This document shows positions 61,785 to 64,000 of a DNA stretch of 64,000 nt, one piece after another. The notes under the pieces were generated by a model, which saw nothing but the letters and a program-made list of their open reading frames with translations, was not told the DNA's origin and ran no database searches. This stretch comes from Candidatus Aceula lacicola (GTDB lineage: Bacteria > Omnitrophota > Gorgyraeia > Zapsychrales > Aceulaceae). The position numbers and the translations under genes were made by a program. The stretch's first letter is position 1; each line of letters opens with the position of its first letter. The stretch lies in NCBI GenBank assembly GCA_030765785.1, contig JAVCCC010000028.1, forward strand, positions 2,826 through 66,825. Direction: 5' to 3'.

Positions 61785-64000
61785 CTATCTCTTTCTTCTT
61801 TCCTTTATTGGCAAAAGAAAGGAAAAGGCGCTACCTTTTCCATGTTCAGATTCTACCCAAATCCTCCCACCATGACCTTCAACAATTTTCTTTGAAATAG
61901 CAAGACCCAGCCCTGTGCTTCCTGTTTTTCTTTCCTTGCCCTTCTTTAGCTGACCAAACGTTTGAAAAAGTCTATCAAAATCTTCTTCTTTGATTCCTTC
62001 TCCTTGATCGACGATAGAAATCTGAACGGTATTATGTTCATGCAATGTTTTCATAGTAATTGGCTTGCCACCTGCGTACTTAATAGCATTACTTAATAAG
62101 TTTGTCACAACTTGCGTAACGCGATCACGATCCATGCTCACCTTTGGAAGGCTACCATCTAAATCAAGCTTTAAATCAGCTCCTTCTTTCTGTGCCACTT
62201 TTTCCATAGTTTGAGCTACTTCCTCAACCAATAGATTAATGTCATCAGGCACGAAATCAAGAATCATTTGCTGAGCCTCCAATTTCTGAAAATCCAAAAC
62301 ATCGTTAATAAGGCGGGAAAGCCTGTCGACATTTCTCTTTGCGACAGATAAAAACTCTGCTTGATCCTTATTAATTTCCCCTGTAACGCCATCAGCGACA
62401 ATAGAAATACCTTCTTTAATGGCAGTCAAAGGGGTACGTAGTTCGTGAGAAACAACAGAGATAAATTCACTTTTCATGCGCATTGCATCTTTAGCTTTGT
62501 CTTCTGCTTGTTTACGCGCCGTGATGTCTTCTTTAACAGCTAAAAAATGCGTCATCTCTCCGTCGTCGCTTCTAACGGCTGAAATAGAGGCGGTTTCCCA
62601 GTACTCTTCGCCATCTTTCTTCTTATTACAAAATTCCCCTCGCCACTCATTGCCACCTCTGATTGTGTCCCACAGCTCTTTATAAAACTCTTGAGGTTGA
62701 TCTCCTGACTTTAAAATTCGCGGATTTTGCCCTAGGGCCTCTTCAATCGAATAGCCCGTAAGCTGACAAAACTTAGGATTCACGTACTCAATGTTTCCCT
62801 CTAAATCAGTAATAACAACCGTACTTGGACTTTGCTCAACAGCACGAGATAATTTTACAAGTTCATTCTGAAATTCTTTAATCTTTGTAATATCAGTTCC
62901 GACGCAAAGAATCTCACTTCTTTTTTCATCTTTTGAATCTGAAACCACCCTGTTAGACCATCTTACCCAAACACGTTGACCATCTTTGCAAATATTTTCA
63001 TTCTCATTAGATTCATACTTTACTGGATTCTCTAAAATATTTAAAACCATCTCGCTTAAATCGCGCCCAGAGGCATCTTGCTTAGACAAAACAGTTCCGA
63101 TGATATGCTTGCCTAAAACTTCGTCTTGCGTAAAACCAAAGAATTTTTCTGCATATTCATTAAAAAAAGTGATCTCACCTCGATCATTCAATCGCAAAAT
63201 AATACTATTTGCATTTTGAACTAAATGACGATATTTTTCTTCACTTTCAGATAAATCTTCCTCAGCCTTTTTTCTTTCTGTGATATCTTCAAAGCTTTCA
63301 ATGCCTCCTACCGTATTGCCATTAAAATCTCGAAGTAGGTCACAATTTTTTGCAATGATTCTGATTTGTCCATCTTTTCTTTTTATATAACATTCTCTGT
63401 TTGCAATAGGTTTTTTAAGGCTTCCTGAAAAAAGACCGCATGTTTCTGTGCAGGGATAGTCAGCAAACAAAAGGCACTGTTTCCCAATCACTTCTTCTGA
63501 TTTATACCCTGTCAGCTCTTCTGCTTTCTGGTTCCACTTCGTAACATTTCTATTGGTGTCAACCGTAAAAATCGCGCTCGGACTAAGTTCAAAAATCTGT
63601 TCAGCGGATTCTTTGGCCGCAACAATTTCTTCTTGAAACTTTTCTAATCGTTCTGTTTTATCAGAAAGCTCAGAATAAAGAGCCTTAATTGCATCATTTG
63701 TTTTTTCCAAACCCCAAGCTTTTTCTTTTAAAGCCTCTTGCGCTTCTTTGAGAACTTTTTCTGCTCTTTTATTCTGTGTAAAATTTCGAGCGATCGTAGA
63801 TGCCCCTATAACCTTACCGCCTTTGTCTAGAATCGGCGAAACGCTCAAAGAAACATCTATCATGCGACCGTCTTTACAGCGGCGAATGGTCTCCAGCCGT
63901 TCAACAGCCTCCCCTTTTTTTATTCTTTCTAAAATATTTTTTACTTCGTCCTTCCGATCATCAGGAATGAGCATGTTAATAGATTTTCCTTGAACCTCTT
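61785..64000 (-). CDS. multi-PAS sensor histidine kinase, 5' end beyond the window
   Basis: At least 4 PAS/PAC repeats, [30 protein letters not shown]; the frame appears open to the window edge. Confidence 0.92.
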   Translation of the reverse strand, partial: EVQGKSINMLIPDDRKDEVKNILERIKKGEAVERLETIRRCKDGRMIDVSLSVSPILDKGGKVIGASTIARNFTQNKRAEKVLKEAQEALKEKAWGLEKTNDAIKALYSELSDKTERLEKFQEEIVAAKESAEQIFELSPSAIFTVDTNRNVTKWNQKAEELTGYKSEEVIGKQCLLFADYPCTETCGLFSGSLKKPIANRECYIKRKDGQIRIIAKNCDLLRDFNGNTVGGIESFEDITERKKAEEDLSESEEKYRHLVQNANSIILRLNDRGEITFFNEYAEKFFGFTQDEVLGKHIIGTVLSKQDASGRDLSEMVLNILENPVKYESNENENICKDGQRVWVRWSNRVVSDSKDEKRSEILCVGTDITKIKEFQNELVKLSRAVEQSPSTVVITDLEGNIEYVNPKFCQLTGYSIEEALGQNPRILKSGDQPQEFYKELWDTIRGGNEWRGEFCNKKKDGEEYWETASISAVRSDDGEMTHFLAVKEDITARKQAEDKAKDAMRMKSEFISVVSHELRTPLTAIKEGISIVADGVTGEINKDQAEFLSVAKRNVDRLSRLINDVLDFQKLEAQQMILDFVPDDINLLVEEVAQTMEKVAQKEGADLKLDLDGSLPKVSMDRDRVTQVVTNLLSNAIKYAGGKPITMKTLHEHNTVQISIVDQGEGIKEEDFDRLFQTFGQLKKGKERKTGSTGLGLAISKKIVEGHGGRIWVESEHGKGSAFSFLLPIKERRKR

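Overview
A 64-kb AT-rich bacterial chromosomal segment made up mostly of housekeeping genes on the minus strand. The V-ATPase gene order (E-DUF2764-A-B-D-I), GT-C membrane glycosyltransferases and a class III/Flp-type signal-peptide protein would fit a PVC-related lineage such as Ca. Omnitrophota; this is an inference only. From left to right the window holds: a V-type ATPase operon directly downstream of a PyrR-regulated pyr operon; a YfhO-like GT-C gene, rsmI, glmS, a divergent L27 and a CxxS DsbA-like protein; a DD-carboxypeptidase / Ddl-like ATP-grasp / zincin module; uppP; tRNA-Glu; a FIST-HK-REC/GGDEF module; a Cys-repeat pilin-like protein; rpe; tRNA-Leu; a GtrII-like gene; a ~20-kb glutamine-centred cluster (GAF-GAF-ANTAR, amtB, PII, GSIII, nadE, gltBD, carAB, purF, pyrG); a beta-PGM/T6PP/GH65 trehalose module with a thiolase; and a PAS kinase with receiver proteins. 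I saw no CRISPR array, prophage or transposase. The most notable signals are non-coding. (1) Three tandem ANTAR-hairpin/terminator modules precede amtB, next to a GAF-GAF-ANTAR gene. (2) The pyr leader has a PyrR-binding loop that contains the SD of an unannotated 53-aa leader ORF, which reads through two terminators and is coupled to pyrR. (3) A dispersed family of bulged GAA-loop hairpins shows compensatory base changes. All calls come from reading motifs by eye; no database searches were run.
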